Source of the DNA: an uncultured archaeon
GTDB taxonomy: Archaea; Asgardarchaeota; Hermodarchaeia; Hermodarchaeales; Hermodarchaeaceae
Direction of reading: 5' to 3'
Length of the DNA stretch: 64,000 nt
NCBI GenBank assembly: GCA_964347045.1
Contig: CAYFXC010000009.1
Span: forward strand, 58,267-122,266
The notes under the pieces are model-generated. The model saw nothing but the letters and a program-made list of their open reading frames with translations, was not told the DNA's origin and made no database searches. Shown piece after piece: positions 28,101-36,800 of the stretch. The position numbers and the translations under genes were made by a program. Numbering within the stretch: the stretch's first letter is position 1; every line of letters begins with the position of its first letter.

Positions 28101-30152
28101 GACGGCATCCTTGATTATTATACAAGTGAGATTCGACGAATTGATTCCGATCAAAGCAGTAGCCCACTTCTCCAATTGCATGTCGGGAATCCTGGCGCAC
28201 AATGGATGGGCAACAGGAATGCAACCATTTACTGGCGAGATCGAGGAATCGAAACCTTCATCTATCGGCAACTTCTGGTCAACGTCAATATTCGTCTCTA
28301 TGACCGCGTGGATTGGGACTGGTTCACCTTCACCCAAAGCGGCGTTGATCCATACATGTGGACATCGACCATAAGCGTACCAGCTCAACAAGCACCTGGC
28401 TTCTACGTCGGCTGGATAACCCTTGAACAAGGGACTGCCAAAGAATACTTCCCAGTCTTACTCCGTGTGGATGGCGAAGTCATCCCCGGTGATAGTTTAT
28501 CCTGGGGTGGCTCCGATGGACATCCCTATGACAACGGAGCAATCACGGGTGGTGTTCGATGGGACGGAGATGGCACCTATATCGGTGGTGACTGGCGTCA
28601 CTACTTTGTTGACATCAAAGATCCAACCGATGACACGGGTTGGTACATGGTCAACGTTACTTGGATGGATCCAGATACCATTCTGGACGTCTTCATCAAA
28701 GCCGCTGACTTTGGCACCGACTATTGGGTTGGCTACTGGGGTGGTGATACCATGACCGCCACAGAATACCTCAGAGATGAGGGTCTAGGCAGATGGGATT
28801 CGACTCCCACATGGGATCGACAAAACGTCCTCCTTGCCGACTATTCTCTAGCGACATCATGGTATCTTGGAAGAGAGGCTCCGATCCTCATTTCGATCCA
28901 CGTTGCCCAACGTGGTGCCATGTATGCAGTCGAGAACTTCACCGTCACAGTAACACCTACCAATTTCACAACCACTCCCTACTCCGCTGCCCTCGGAGCG
29001 TTAGGTGTGCCTATTGATCCGGTGCCGTTCCCCAATGGGAACATCACACTCTATGGGACGAACACACCAATTACCGATGACAGTATTTGGTCAGGTGAGC
29101 ATATCACCTTCAATGGAACATGGGAGCCCTACGTCTTCCCAGGTCTTCCAGTGCCCCAACGGCAAGCTGATATGCAAGTATTACTCGGTGCCCTCTACGA
29201 CATCTCAGGCAGCTTTACAGCCGCTAACGCTACACCTGATAGTCCACCACCAAATGACTATGAACTCGAAGTTCCTGATATTTCACCCGGCATGTTAATC
29301 GTAGTAGACTTTTCCGCCGGACCTCCTATTGGTGGAACGAGTCTTGGTCCACACGACCTCGACATCTTCCTCTACTATGGTGAGGCTCAAGTGGCGTCTA
29401 GCACGAATGCTGGTAGTGATGAATACATCGAATACACGGCGCAATTTGGTGGAACCTATACGCTAGTAGTTGACTATTGGGGTATTGATGATCCGCCCTA
29501 CTACATCTGGGGTGGTTGGGATTCCTTACCCTGGCACTTCACCCTGAAGGCTTCCCAGATCATCAGCAATCCCACACCAGGTGGCACAGCGCTTTATGAT
29601 ACCCATACACTTGGTATCAATCTCGCTGGGTTCGATGTAACTCTCAAACTCGTAACTGGGACAAGCCTTGACTTTGGTTCTTGGCTCACATACAGTGTAA
29701 CTAATCTTTCAGTCACAAACTACTTTTCACCCACCCTTAGCCTTCTCAATCCAGTAGCTGGTGATGTTAGAGGACCAGACCCATTCTGGTTCAATTGGAC
29801 ATCCAGTGATCAGAACTCGGATGAGACGCTTGCGTTCCAGGTTGAAGTAAGTAATGACAATGGTCTCAATTGGACCGTCGTCGTGCCTGCAACAACTGAA
29901 ATGGGTGCGATATGGGATCCCAATGGCTTCTATGGAGTAAATGCCACCGATCAGATGGTTTGGCGCGTCACTGTAACGGATGGCTTTTTTGAGGTTACAG
30001 AAACCTCAGGCGTGTTTGAAGTGCTACCACTAGAAGTTCCACCGCCACCGCCACCGTATGAGACATATGTCGTCATTGCTGTGATAGTCATTGTCGTCAT
30101 CATCTTATTGGCAACTTGTTTCCTGAAACGTCAGCAAACTGCAAAAACCTAA
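25146..30152 (+). CDS. Large membrane-anchored subtilisin-like S8 protease (pyrolysin-like)
   Basis: Signal peptide; intact triad VVDTGID / HGTSVAG / SGTSMSAP; oxyanion SGNAG; KPDVVAPG; large D-to-H insert; PPC-like domain (DLDIFLY...STNAGSDEYI); Pro-rich linker plus C-terminal TM. Confidence 0.92.
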   Translation: MKMKQIVFLRKRSMTSLAFSAILIASMFIGITALPVSNLLQNVFNPLTTTPMDQYRPFFEGADQPNDPGMSKLANFEKNLHDYLRTGRISDGIVQTKDGMSILLGAGYEIDLAALSGHMKIRHVLDMGIGFMVLGDVSSPRDLYLINSLDYTGLIMADEYLETPSKPNFDPGPSPDNFFVRDIIEADMANAAGYTGSGAVIGVVDTGIDHTLTDLATAYHTNSSGYPTAFDPGGMGIAITDWSGSPVSGYLLTGGYDFAMHWPFYPYGGLVRYSNSTYDVVADNLFIGVGANEIPSQSGIYKVGVVLMSSDPGGPRTRQFVIFMLTDPNTAGVYDTMYIDWETSYAVSADYNHWATPALPADWDFTNNIVNGKYDFNPATADAPFLMAYDGDGDGYNDFGLGLLANTYDLFGFITGEIVQGIDPSGDGFAFFYDDGAHGTSVAGAAAGRGIQPMDVYGNGTNYYLTGIAPDAELMGLKRFTFASEFESWAWGSGWRPVAKDLPTGTYMDWTHSMYLPGWDDSNQADILTNSWGYILWEFGDDDYFYSVDWSSFAMDYFSTGALGYPYHNATGSYLSNPMFPDGGIADSPLFVFSSGNAGPGYSTAGSPVSASALTVGASTTHAYAEQIYNPDLEFGPQGYDQLAFFSSGGPTPSALPKPDVVAPGLGGFEITPLWRAQTLGTQPFRTFSGTSMSAPIVAGVAALVVEALALPIVGDYPIPANPYGFDGGLIKTIIKSSTDDLHHAVLRQGSGRVNAWKAVALAIGNETLTPAGTDYLMTLMSNNTFINYAIGYQLDYSVVANWKVNSTAAILREGNTPYNDVTTFPGAWFWIMMSGYDAPYTPNAAYYHPGSHGLWAPNVSMMDAGFMVPALHAGDTKDVGFVAGTAGNPISGTVDADWYTLTGEAEASFFSTSPAVTYPLFGDYPGINNFDDAFMADFLAADYAVITLTYDTSTFEELWDFTNEYFYGGDTNYVFLFDWNDTSMDGILDYYTSEIRRIDSDQSSSPLLQLHVGNPGAQWMGNRNATIYWRDRGIETFIYRQLLVNVNIRLYDRVDWDWFTFTQSGVDPYMWTSTISVPAQQAPGFYVGWITLEQGTAKEYFPVLLRVDGEVIPGDSLSWGGSDGHPYDNGAITGGVRWDGDGTYIGGDWRHYFVDIKDPTDDTGWYMVNVTWMDPDTILDVFIKAADFGTDYWVGYWGGDTMTATEYLRDEGLGRWDSTPTWDRQNVLLADYSLATSWYLGREAPILISIHVAQRGAMYAVENFTVTVTPTNFTTTPYSAALGALGVPIDPVPFPNGNITLYGTNTPITDDSIWSGEHITFNGTWEPYVFPGLPVPQRQADMQVLLGALYDISGSFTAANATPDSPPPNDYELEVPDISPGMLIVVDFSAGPPIGGTSLGPHDLDIFLYYGEAQVASSTNAGSDEYIEYTAQFGGTYTLVVDYWGIDDPPYYIWGGWDSLPWHFTLKASQIISNPTPGGTALYDTHTLGINLAGFDVTLKLVTGTSLDFGSWLTYSVTNLSVTNYFSPTLSLLNPVAGDVRGPDPFWFNWTSSDQNSDETLAFQVEVSNDNGLNWTVVVPATTEMGAIWDPNGFYGVNATDQMVWRVTVTDGFFEVTETSGVFEVLPLEVPPPPPPYETYVVIAVIVIVVIILLATCFLKRQQTAKT

Positions 30153-30156
30153 AATT

Positions 30157-30198
30157 GGGGGGTAACCCCCCCTTCCCTTTCTTTTTTCAGTTTTTTTT
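30157..30198 (+). terminator. Hairpin plus U-tract terminator
   Basis: GGGGGG-TAA-CCCCCC followed by long T runs immediately after the S8 stop. Confidence 0.7.
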
Positions 30199-30278
30199 GG
30201 TCAATGGATTCAAAGAATTTCAATGCTAGTTGAGTTTTGGTTCGGAAGGCATAAAAACGTACAAAGAATCTTTTGTGA

Positions 30279-30860
30279 GTGAGGTGGTTCTGGTTGGCGC
30301 GCCGAATACAACGCCTTGGATTATTTCTTGGGTCGCAGCTTGTATCTGGCCTGTTGACCTTCTTTGCGATGTATGGTGTGGCAAATGTCGGATTTGCCCT
30401 TCAGGTGATACTTTTCGAGGTGAGTCCTCAGTATGCGTGGATTCTAATCGGTCTGCTGTGTTACTCGTGGGTTCTCACTTTGTTGATTCTCCCTATTCAA
30501 GCGGGGGTGCAGATTTGGAGCCTTCTACGATTAGAATCGACACCACTTCTCATAACATATTATTTTCAGTATGATGCAACCAGGAATCTCCCTCATCGTT
30601 TTCTTGACCCGGTTCAAAGTCGAATTGGGTTAACCACCGTTCTCATTCTCTTGATCGGGGGATTAGTCGCATGGCCCATTTTCTCTTTTTATGGGACATT
30701 CTTGCTTGTTGTCCGCTTTGGACCACTTTTATTAACTCTAGATTTTGTTGTACTGTTTATTCAAGGATTAGCTGTGGGGGCTTCTGCCATTTTTGTCACT
30801 TACTTTGTCCTTGCTTCATTAGGTGTACTCATTCTTCAATGGCGACGACGCGGGCGATAA
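30279..30860 (+). CDS. Hypothetical membrane protein
   Basis: About four hydrophobic helices, basic C-terminus. Confidence 0.65.
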   Translation: MRWFWLARRIQRLGLFLGSQLVSGLLTFFAMYGVANVGFALQVILFEVSPQYAWILIGLLCYSWVLTLLILPIQAGVQIWSLLRLESTPLLITYYFQYDATRNLPHRFLDPVQSRIGLTTVLILLIGGLVAWPIFSFYGTFLLVVRFGPLLLTLDFVVLFIQGLAVGASAIFVTYFVLASLGVLILQWRRRGR

Positions 30861-30876
30861 AACAAAGGTAGAATGA

Positions 30877-32163
30877 TTATGCGAGTTTATCGGTAAGTAG
30901 TTTTCCTAGTTTTCGAATGCCTTTATCGAGAACTTCAGGAGGTGAATACGAATAGCTGATTCGCATCGTATTCAAAGCCCGTTCGACAGGAACTAATTCG
31001 TCCTGCTCTGGAAGATAACTTAGGCCCATTAAGGGGTAAAAGGCTACACCAGGTACATAGATGATGTCATTGGGGAGCGCAACCTGTTCCAAGAACTGTT
31101 TTGCGTCAAAATCTGGGTTCTTGCTTTCCCACCATATGAAAAAGCCTCCTGTGGGATCCGTACGGGAACCCTCTGGGAAGGTTTCATCAATCGCGGTTCG
31201 CATGGTATCCGCGCGTTGTTTATAGATTTCTAAAGCCTTGGGAAGAACTTCATCAATATGTTTTCGATAATAAATATCGAGCATCCGTTGCACAATCGTG
31301 GGGCTGCACAAATCTAAGAATCCTTTATCTTTGTTGATTTGTTCCTGTAGTTTTGGAGGGAACACGCTATATCCAATTCGGAGGACAGCTGCTTCCTTGC
31401 TACTAGTGCGAAGATATGCTACGTATTTGTTCTCAGTGTCTAAGGCTTTGATTGGTTTATTTCGGGGTTCACGAAACTGGATTTCGCGGTAGGCTCCGTC
31501 TTCCACAATGATAGTATGGTGTTCCATGGCAAGGTTGAATAAAGCTTCTCGTCGTTTCTGAGGAATGGTGGTTCCCTTAGGGTTATCCGAGTCTGGAACC
31601 AAATAAATCATTTCGGGTTTTTTTCCGAGCTCTTTCTTAGTGCAATTAATCGCATTCTCAAAGTATTCTGGAATAGCCCCTTGAAGGTCCGTTGGAACAG
31701 TAATAATTTGAGCCCCGAGTTTTACTGCAGGTACAAGAAAACCGAGATATGCTGGACTTGTGGTTAGTATAATGTCTCCTTGGTCGATGCAGGTATCAAT
31801 AATGGCATATAGTGCCTGTTGAGATCCTGTTGTGATAATGATATCGTCTTCGGGCTTGTCATCCGATAGAGTTATACCATCTTTTTCGATAAGCCGTTGT
31901 GCCAAGGTTTTGCGAAAAAAGGACTTTCCGCTGGTGGGTCCATAGTTGAAATCATCGATTACTCGCTCATTATGGCCCACTTTAATTTCTGAGAGCTGTT
32001 CATTTCCAAGATCGATTAAAATCTGAGCCCACGTCTCTATAGGGAGTGCACCGGGTTTCCCACCCCCAAAATAGTAGGGTACGTTGTATTTGAGTAACCG
32101 GCGAATCTCAGATTCTGGGATGAATGCTGTCCAAGCTGCAAAATCATATGGCTCTTTACTCAT
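30877..32163 (-). CDS. PLP-dependent aminotransferase class I/II (LysN/2-aminoadipate transaminase-like)
   Basis: FGGGKP, ITTGSQQAL, PAYLG, DNPKGTT, EDGAYRE, TSSK..LRIGY (PLP Lys), GGFFIW, MRISYS. Confidence 0.92.
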   Translation of the reverse strand: MSKEPYDFAAWTAFIPESEIRRLLKYNVPYYFGGGKPGALPIETWAQILIDLGNEQLSEIKVGHNERVIDDFNYGPTSGKSFFRKTLAQRLIEKDGITLSDDKPEDDIIITTGSQQALYAIIDTCIDQGDIILTTSPAYLGFLVPAVKLGAQIITVPTDLQGAIPEYFENAINCTKKELGKKPEMIYLVPDSDNPKGTTIPQKRREALFNLAMEHHTIIVEDGAYREIQFREPRNKPIKALDTENKYVAYLRTSSKEAAVLRIGYSVFPPKLQEQINKDKGFLDLCSPTIVQRMLDIYYRKHIDEVLPKALEIYKQRADTMRTAIDETFPEGSRTDPTGGFFIWWESKNPDFDAKQFLEQVALPNDIIYVPGVAFYPLMGLSYLPEQDELVPVERALNTMRISYSYSPPEVLDKGIRKLGKLLTDKLA

Positions 32164-32249
32164 TGCTAATCCACTCTCGTCAAAGAATGCCTACTGTTGC
32201 AAAGTGCTTCCTAATAGAGTTTTTTACTCACAGGTTTCAAAAGTGTTGA

Positions 32250-32774
32250 TTATCGTTCAAGCTTTTCAATGATTTGTTCTGTGAGCATACGAAATGCGTC
32301 TTCCACCTTCTCACCGCTTAAAGCGCTGGTCTCAAGATAGGAACACCCATATCGGTCAATCCATTTCTTAGTCTCCGCTTTATTGATTTCACGTTTTTTC
32401 TTCAAATCTGCTTTATTTCCTACTAACAGAATCTCGACGTCTCCAGTATGTTCACGGATTTCTCGCATCCATGTCTCTATTGCCTCAAGAGTTTCGGGTC
32501 GAGTAAGGTCAAACACTAGCATCGCTCCGTCTGTCTGTTGGTAGAAGCTTGAACGATAAGGTGCGAAACGTTCTTGGCTGGCAATATCCCAGATGATGAG
32601 TCGAGCAACCTTTTCTTCTAGTTCAATGATTTTATACGCGAAGTCTACGCCAATCGATGCTTTATATTCGCGTTCAAACCGGTTTTCCACGTACTTGAGA
32701 ATAATGCTTGTTTTTCCCACAGCGGGATCGCCAACTAAAAGGATCTTAAACTCATAATAGGGCTGTTTTGCCAT
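32250..32774 (-). CDS. Rab-like small GTPase with non-canonical G2/G3
   Basis: GDPAVGKTS, YKASIGVDF (RabF1), WDIASQERF, GNKAD, ETSAL; no C-terminal Cys. Start taken at ATG 32774. Confidence 0.9.
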   Translation of the reverse strand: MAKQPYYEFKILLVGDPAVGKTSIILKYVENRFEREYKASIGVDFAYKIIELEEKVARLIIWDIASQERFAPYRSSFYQQTDGAMLVFDLTRPETLEAIETWMREIREHTGDVEILLVGNKADLKKKREINKAETKKWIDRYGCSYLETSALSGEKVEDAFRMLTEQIIEKLER

Positions 32775-32897
32775 TTTCCACACCCGTGCTTAATGTACCT
32801 TGTACTCTTTCTTATTAAACTAGTAGTAAGGAACAACCTTTCAGGAACTGCTTAAAGGATTGCGCTAAAGACGTTTTACTTCCACTATTTTTTTCGG

Positions 32898-33893
32898 TTA
32901 ATTCGAGGTTTCATCTTCTAGGGTAGACTCTTTCCAGCTTTTAGTTCTGAAGAAGTCATAGAAACTTGCTTCAACTACGGCTAGTTCGCCTGGAATAAGA
33001 TTTTGCTCTCGTAAGGCTTTCAGTAAATCCGGAACGCGTGTATTTGGTTTGTCTACGAAAACTTTGAGGCTTCCTCGACCTGATCGAATTGCAGTCTTGA
33101 TAAAGGGAATTGCTTGGACTTGTCGAAGATTTTCTTCAGTGAGCCGGTCAAAGGTTATTTCAATTGCTTCTCCTCTTCCTGTGAGGGATTTGATGAGTTC
33201 ATCAGGATGTCCTTGAAGTGATATGGTTCCCTTTTCCAAGAGGACTACACGGTTGCAATATTCGACGACTTCGAGGTCATGGGAAATTAACACCATTGAG
33301 GTGCCAAAATGATAATTGAGTTGTTTTAAGTAGTTAAGAAGTTCATGGCGAAGATGTGCATCTAGTCCTGTGGTTGGTTCATCCAGGAGCAGTATTGGGG
33401 GCTGATGGATGAGTCCAACGCAAATTGATACTCGTTTTCGTTCACCCCCGCTCAGGAACCTCACAGGTTTATGCATTAGTTCTTCGTCAAATCCGAGGAT
33501 ATTTAAAATCTCAATGGCTCGTCGCTTAATTTCATTGCCGTCAATCGCATACATTCGCCCAAAGAAATGTGCATTTTCTAAAGCTGAAAAAGGAAAGTAA
33601 AGACTTTGATCCTCATGTTGGGGCACATAGCCGGTGGCGTAATGGATTGTGGTGGCCTCTTTTTTCACATCATGTCCAGCTATTTGTGCACTTCCGCTGT
33701 ATGGTTTTAGTTGAGCTGTCATTACACGAAGGCAGGTTGTCTTTCCTGATCCTGAAGCACCAATCACTCCGAGGATTTCACGTTCTCGTGTGTAAAACGT
33801 AATCTCATTAAGAATTTTAACTCGTCCAATTCTTACAGAGGCCTGGTTAAACTCGATGATTTTGGGAGCTTTAGCTTCAATTGTCATATTCAT
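32898..33893 (-). CDS. ABC-2/DrrA-type ABC ATPase
   Basis: GASGSGKT, GYVPQ, LSGGERKR, LLDEPTTGLD, ISHD; ATGA overlap with the upstream gene. Confidence 0.92.
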   Translation of the reverse strand: MNMTIEAKAPKIIEFNQASVRIGRVKILNEITFYTREREILGVIGASGSGKTTCLRVMTAQLKPYSGSAQIAGHDVKKEATTIHYATGYVPQHEDQSLYFPFSALENAHFFGRMYAIDGNEIKRRAIEILNILGFDEELMHKPVRFLSGGERKRVSICVGLIHQPPILLLDEPTTGLDAHLRHELLNYLKQLNYHFGTSMVLISHDLEVVEYCNRVVLLEKGTISLQGHPDELIKSLTGRGEAIEITFDRLTEENLRQVQAIPFIKTAIRSGRGSLKVFVDKPNTRVPDLLKALREQNLIPGELAVVEASFYDFFRTKSWKESTLEDETSN

Positions 33894-36800
33894 ACACCCG
33901 TGTCTTTAGCTAACTCCCGTAATCGTTTGAGCATATTTTCCAAGCGATTAGCAGGTTCACCAGAAGTAACGCGAAGTTTTTCGATTCGATCCATACGACG
34001 GTCGGTGAGCGTCCACTCAATTTCGCGAATTAGTGCTTGTGTGGTGTTTAATGTATTATCAATGTCTTGGATGATTTGCTCGTCTAATGATGGTGTTCGC
34101 ATACGCCGTTTGCGGCGATATTGGTTGGCAAAGTAGGTTCCAATTATCAGTATTGTCAAAATCGTGACCAGAAAGATTTGGATAGCCATGATTGCGAGGT
34201 AATCTGGTTCCAAAGGTGGAGGCGGCTCATAAGGTGGAGGAAGGTAATAAAAGTGCATGAAAATGGAGGTGCTAGCATAGGAACCTGGCATGGTGAAAGC
34301 GATGATGGAGAAGGTTTGGGGAGTATTAACCAAGTCATCTAGCCCCGTCCAATTTGCGAAAAGAAAAGATCCATATCGCCCCTCTTTCACTTCAAAGGCA
34401 ATGAAGAATGTTTGAGTTCGATTGGGGAAAACATAAATTATGTACATGGTGAGCCCTTCGACACCTCCCCCCGTGGCGTTATAAGCATCGATGACAAATC
34501 CTGCATCATTTCCAATGTAGAAAGATGAATTAATTCCGCCAGTGGTCCGAATCATTAGGGTAACGGTTTGTCTGAAAAGATACTGAATTGTTTGATTTAC
34601 CAGTCGTAGGTTATCTAATTTTAGTAAGTAAGAATTTCCAAAAATTGCTGAACATCCTAAAACATAGAGTTCTTTATGGTCATTCACGTAAACTCCAAAT
34701 TCAGTTCCATTTATCCAGGCGAAAGTTTGGCCCGATCCTGTAACATTTAACAAGGTTCCTTCAACCGTGGAAATGCTATTCACACCTGAGGTAAATGGAG
34801 TTGATGGATTCAATTCCGTGGTATTTAATCCGGTTACTTTTCCACCTACTTGAATACCTTGATTCCACAGCAGCTGATTCAATGCAGTATGATTGGATGA
34901 ATCCGGCTGGTCTGCCAGAACTATTACTTTGAATCCCGATTCGATAAACTCTGATATCGCTAATGTTTCTTTTTGAGTAAATCCTTTCTCGGGATCACAT
35001 AGAATGAGACCATCAAATAACTGGAGTACTGTTGAGTTGATTTCTGAAATTAATGGAATGTCAGTGAGATTTAATTGAGCGTCTGCAAATAATTCGCGTA
35101 GCCCCGAATATCCGGTTAAAAGGCTGTCTCCAATTTCATCGAAGAGGGAAAACAGTTTGTCGAAATCTAAATTGGAAAAGTCCAAATCTTCGAGATTTGA
35201 GAAGTCTAGCCCTTGGTTATGAATGGAATCAAAGAGAATGACTGCCTTGGGATATATTACATTAATAATAAATGGCATTGTGAACTGCCAGCCATCAGAG
35301 GCGCTCAGAACAAGGGTTCCAAAATAAGGCCCTGCTTCAATAAAGGTAGGGATGAAAATAGTAATTTGAAATTGTGCTCCTACTTCAATGCCAAAGATAT
35401 GATCTGGTGTTATGTTCGGTGGTATATCCCATTGCGTGATGTTACGATCGATAGGGAAATCGAAGGAGCTATTATAGAAAGAATCAATAGCAATAGAAAG
35501 TGAACTGATGGGTGTTGTTGTGTGGATTGTGAAATTATAGATAGCGTAATCATTGGGGAATCGCAAAGTCATTGGACTGAATGGTAGAGCGGTGGGATTC
35601 AGCATACGTATTTGGGGAGGCGTGCTAATGAATATGTCTCGATAGACTAGGTTGTCAAGTGGATAGAGGTCTTGTGGAATGGTTGGAAGGATGAGGTCAA
35701 AATCAATAGTGGGTGCAACAATCCATCCTGCAAAATAGATGTCTGTGACCTCCGGATTCCATTCAACTATTAATTTCTGGAACTGAAACGGTTCGAAAAT
35801 ACCAAGTTGGAAATATCGTGCAAAGACTGTACCACCTAGGGGTTGTGACCGGTTTGTGAAAAAAGCCGCAATCGAATCGACCCCGCTATCTCCTATGTTT
35901 AGTACAATTACTGATGTCTGATAGGTTGAATTCGTAGTTTCTGTCCTTGCTAAGTCAATCTGAATCATGCAGAGGTCAGTGAGAGGAGCATCTATTGTGG
36001 CTCTTTCTGTTTGATTTATACCATGAACGAGAGCAGTGAAATTATGACCAAACCCCAAGGTCAACGATATGTTTCTTAGGGATTCTCCTATAGAAAGGTT
36101 TCCGAGACGCCATTGGGAGCCAAAACCTAGGCCTTCATCGCTTGAGTAACTTACTGTATTGTCAAGGGTCTCATTTTGAACACTATCACTGATTTCGTCG
36201 ATTGAGCCCACTTGAAAATCAGTGAACGGTGTTGATGCATTGATTCCAATATATTGTTCAACACGAGTGGTTTCGTTTATGGGGAGAACATCTGAATGGA
36301 TATGGAAGAGCTGGGAAGTGGTATTAAAGAATCCTTGTTGAGTAGAAGTATCGTTTGCGCCACTGAATAAGTCAAAGTTCCACTGGCTATAAAGTCGAAT
36401 ATCGGTGATATTTTCGGATCCAATATTCACAAAGAAAAAGGAAAGACGAAACGCATTTGCAGAATAACCAGAAGTTATTTGCCACGACTCTATACGGGGA
36501 ATGATAAGCAAGTCATTATAGGACAAAATCCCAGTGGCACGGATGTACTCACCGTAAGGTAAACTGGTCCAATGGAATTCTTGTTCAATATCGAGAAAAG
36601 CAAAGGGAATTGGGCTACTTGTTCCTACAGCTAGGTGAAACGTTCCAAGGAGCATATGAAATAGCGTCATGTTGGTTTTACGGCTTTTTACCAGGGCTCC
36701 TAAGGCTGTTGAATAGCCACTCATTAAAAGTGTAACATTTTCCAATGTAGATTCGCTAATTAACATTCCATAATAGGGGAAACCGATTCCAATGCTTCGT

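Noticed and set aside
35150-35215. Short peptide repeat LDFSNLEDLDFSNLDFD in the S1P-like protein
   Set aside because: Low-complexity loop with degenerate DNA repeats; no sign of a separate element.
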